Source: Moniliella sp. 'wahieum'
Lineage: Eukaryota
Direction: 5' to 3'
Length of the DNA: 55,565 nt
Assembly: GCA_003971905.1 (NCBI GenBank)
Contig: RSEE01000153.1
Coordinates: 62,001-117,565, forward strand
In this document: one piece after another, positions 53,394 to 55,565 of the stretch
Position numbering within the stretch: position 1 is the first letter of the stretch
Layout of the letters: each line of letters starts with the position of its first letter
Translations under genes and position numbers: made by a program
The notes under the pieces: generated by a model
What the model saw: only the letters and a program-made list of their open reading frames with translations
Told to the model about the DNA's origin: nothing
The model's database searches: none

Positions 53394-55565
53394 ATGCCCC
53401 CCAAGCGCACCAAGCCTGCCAAGAGCAAGAACCGCAGCGGCGCGGGCGCTGTTGGTGCTGCTTCTGCTGCTGCCGCAGCTCCTGCCGCGGCTCCTGCCCC
53501 TGCGCCTGCGCCGCTTCGGCCGCCAATGTCGCCGCAACTGGCACGGTTGCGCGGGGCCGCAAGCGCGAGGTGCCGTATGACGGCAACCCAGCCACCTCCC
53601 CCTCTACAAGCTCACGTCCAGGTCCTTGCTGCTGCTGCCTGCGCTGCTGGCATGGTATGTCGCCCTCGCGGGCATCACCCTCTTTCTTCACTACAAGCTG
53701 CCCAGTCCCATCTCGATGGAGGCTAGTTCGGCCGTTGCCGCAGCCGGCAAGCCTCCGCCCTTTCCGAGGAGAATGCGCGCACGGTCATGAGCTACCTGAG
53801 CGAGGACATTGGTTACCGTATCGTCGGCACTCGCGAGCACGTCGAGGCCGAGGACTGGTTGTGGGACCGGGTCAGTGCCAAGGTGGGATGGTACCCCAAC
53901 CCATCCGCTCCGGGCAAGACCTCGAGCGAAGATGAGCGTTTTGCAGGCGTCCAAGTTGAGGCCTGGCGCCAGATTGACGATGGTTCACACCGCTTCGACT
54001 TTATGTCGGCGATCGTACAAAAGAAGTACTACGGCATCTCCAACGTTATTGTCCGTCTCTCGGACGGCACCGACGAAGGCAAGGTGTGTTTTGCGTTTCC
54101 TTGTGTCTCTGTTGACGGTAACTGACAATGAACATCTTGACGGGAATGAACAGGAAAATGCAGTATTGGTCAACGCTCATCTCGACTCCACCCTCCCTTC
54201 GCCAGGGGCAGCGGACGATGCGGCGGCAGTGGGGAGTACTAGATGATATTTTGCGTTTTGACGACCCCCCCTTCCTGAACTGCACCACTCGGTCATTCTT
54301 CTCTTCAACAACGGCGAGGAGAGTCTACAAGACGCTTCCCCACCTCTACTCTACCAAGCACGAAACTGTCAAATCAGTGCGCGGAGTGATCAACCTCGAG
54401 GCCTGTGGGCGTAACGGGACCCGAATTGCTCTTTCAGGCCACTTCGGATGTATTCCTAGAGGCGTATTCCCAAGTGCCGCATCCATTCGGTACTGTTGGC
54501 TAACGACGTCTTTGCCACCGGACTCATCCTCTCTGACACGGATTTCCGTCAGTTGTCCAGTACGCCAACCTAACTGGCCTGGATATGGCCGTCGTTGGTG
54601 ACTTTCTCTATCATACTCGGTGACACGCCTGAGCACATTCCACCCGGAGTGGTGCAGCACATGGGCGACAATGTCCTGTCGCTTATCCGATATTGGCTGC
54701 TAACAATGCGACCTCGGCCAAGCTCCCCAGCGTGGACGAACCGACGCCATTCCACGAGATGCCGTATTTCTTCACTTGGGCCGCTCGTTACTTTGTACTC
54801 CTTTCGCCTAACTTTTTCCGTTCCATCTCGATGGGCACCTCGGCCTGGCTCAACTTTGCCCTCCAGTCGATCTCGCAGGGCGACAAGCCATTCCAGGTGT
54901 ACATTGCATCGCTGGCCGCAGTGCTCGGTACCCTCGGCTCGATAGTAGGGGGCATTGTGGGCGCAAACGTGGTGGCGGCACTGATGACCTATGTCTTGCA
55001 CCGTCCTCTCTCTTGGTTTAGCCATCCGTGGGCCCCACTGCTTCTCTACTTGCCCCCGGCAGTGTTGGGCATCGTGCTCGTTCAGTCCATCATTCCGCGC
55101 CTGGTCCTGCCTGAGAACCGACCGTATATGGAGCGCGCTTCCTTCACGGGCATCACGGCCACCTTCGTATTTACTCTTCTCATTTCCAATGTCTTCTCTC
55201 TCGGATCGGCCTACTTGGCACTACTTGCTGTTGTAATGGGCTGGTCAGTATGGCGTACAACGATATGTACCAGATTGGCATGTCCAACATTGACATGCAC
55301 CGCATTCCGGTCGACCAGCGCGTTCACTGGTCGACGTACCTTGTCATGTCCAATTCCTGCCACGATCGGTTTGAGGGCCTGACGACCTTTCTCGATCTCT
55401 TCACTCCACTCACTGGCCGCACTGGGGAGGATGCGCACAGACCATATCATCGCCACGATTGTGGGGGCATGACGTGCTCTCGGCACCGGCCCTCATTCCG
55501 CTGTCGCACCGTTTTGGAGCAAGTCGCGCAAGACAGCGACCCAGATCTTGGTTGGCGCTACAGTA
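53394..55565 (+). CDS. M28-family membrane metallopeptidase (ERMP1/Pff1-like); runs off the window; intron ~54084-54151
   Basis: NAVLVNAHLDSTLPSPGAADDAAAVG, FLFNNGEESLQDA, INLEACG, SDTDFRQ, GVVQHMGDN, followed by multiple TM helices. Confidence 0.9.

Overview
This is GC-rich eukaryotic DNA, most likely a basidiomycete fungus, with short GT-AG introns carrying CTRAC/CTAAC branch sites. Many conserved genes carry single-base indels that look like long-read assembly errors. Host genes: a PTR2-type peptide transporter, a CLK/LAMMER-derived pseudokinase, RPL18, a mitochondrial ACP, mitochondrial EF-G, a Zn2Cys6 factor, an Msb1/Mug8-like protein head-to-head with RAC1, a YHM2-type carrier, NCR1, a GNAT acetyltransferase, a small secreted Cys-rich protein, tRNA-Gln(UUG), a CTI6-like PHD protein and a partial M28 peptidase. 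The main mobile element is an apparently intact 9.2-kb CMC (CACTA/Mirage/Chapaev)-type DNA transposon (36647-45876). It has 26-bp TIRs, a 13x23-bp subterminal array, a 5-exon DDE transposase, a divergent 3-exon accessory gene and a multi-intron, apparently non-coding region. There are also three fragments of a CRE/Cnl1-like RLE retrotransposon and a lone copia-like gag. The most unusual signal is a pervasive intergenic motif: TNA triplets spaced 7 bp apart around 4-bp palindromes. All family assignments come from motif recognition by eye; no database searches were run.
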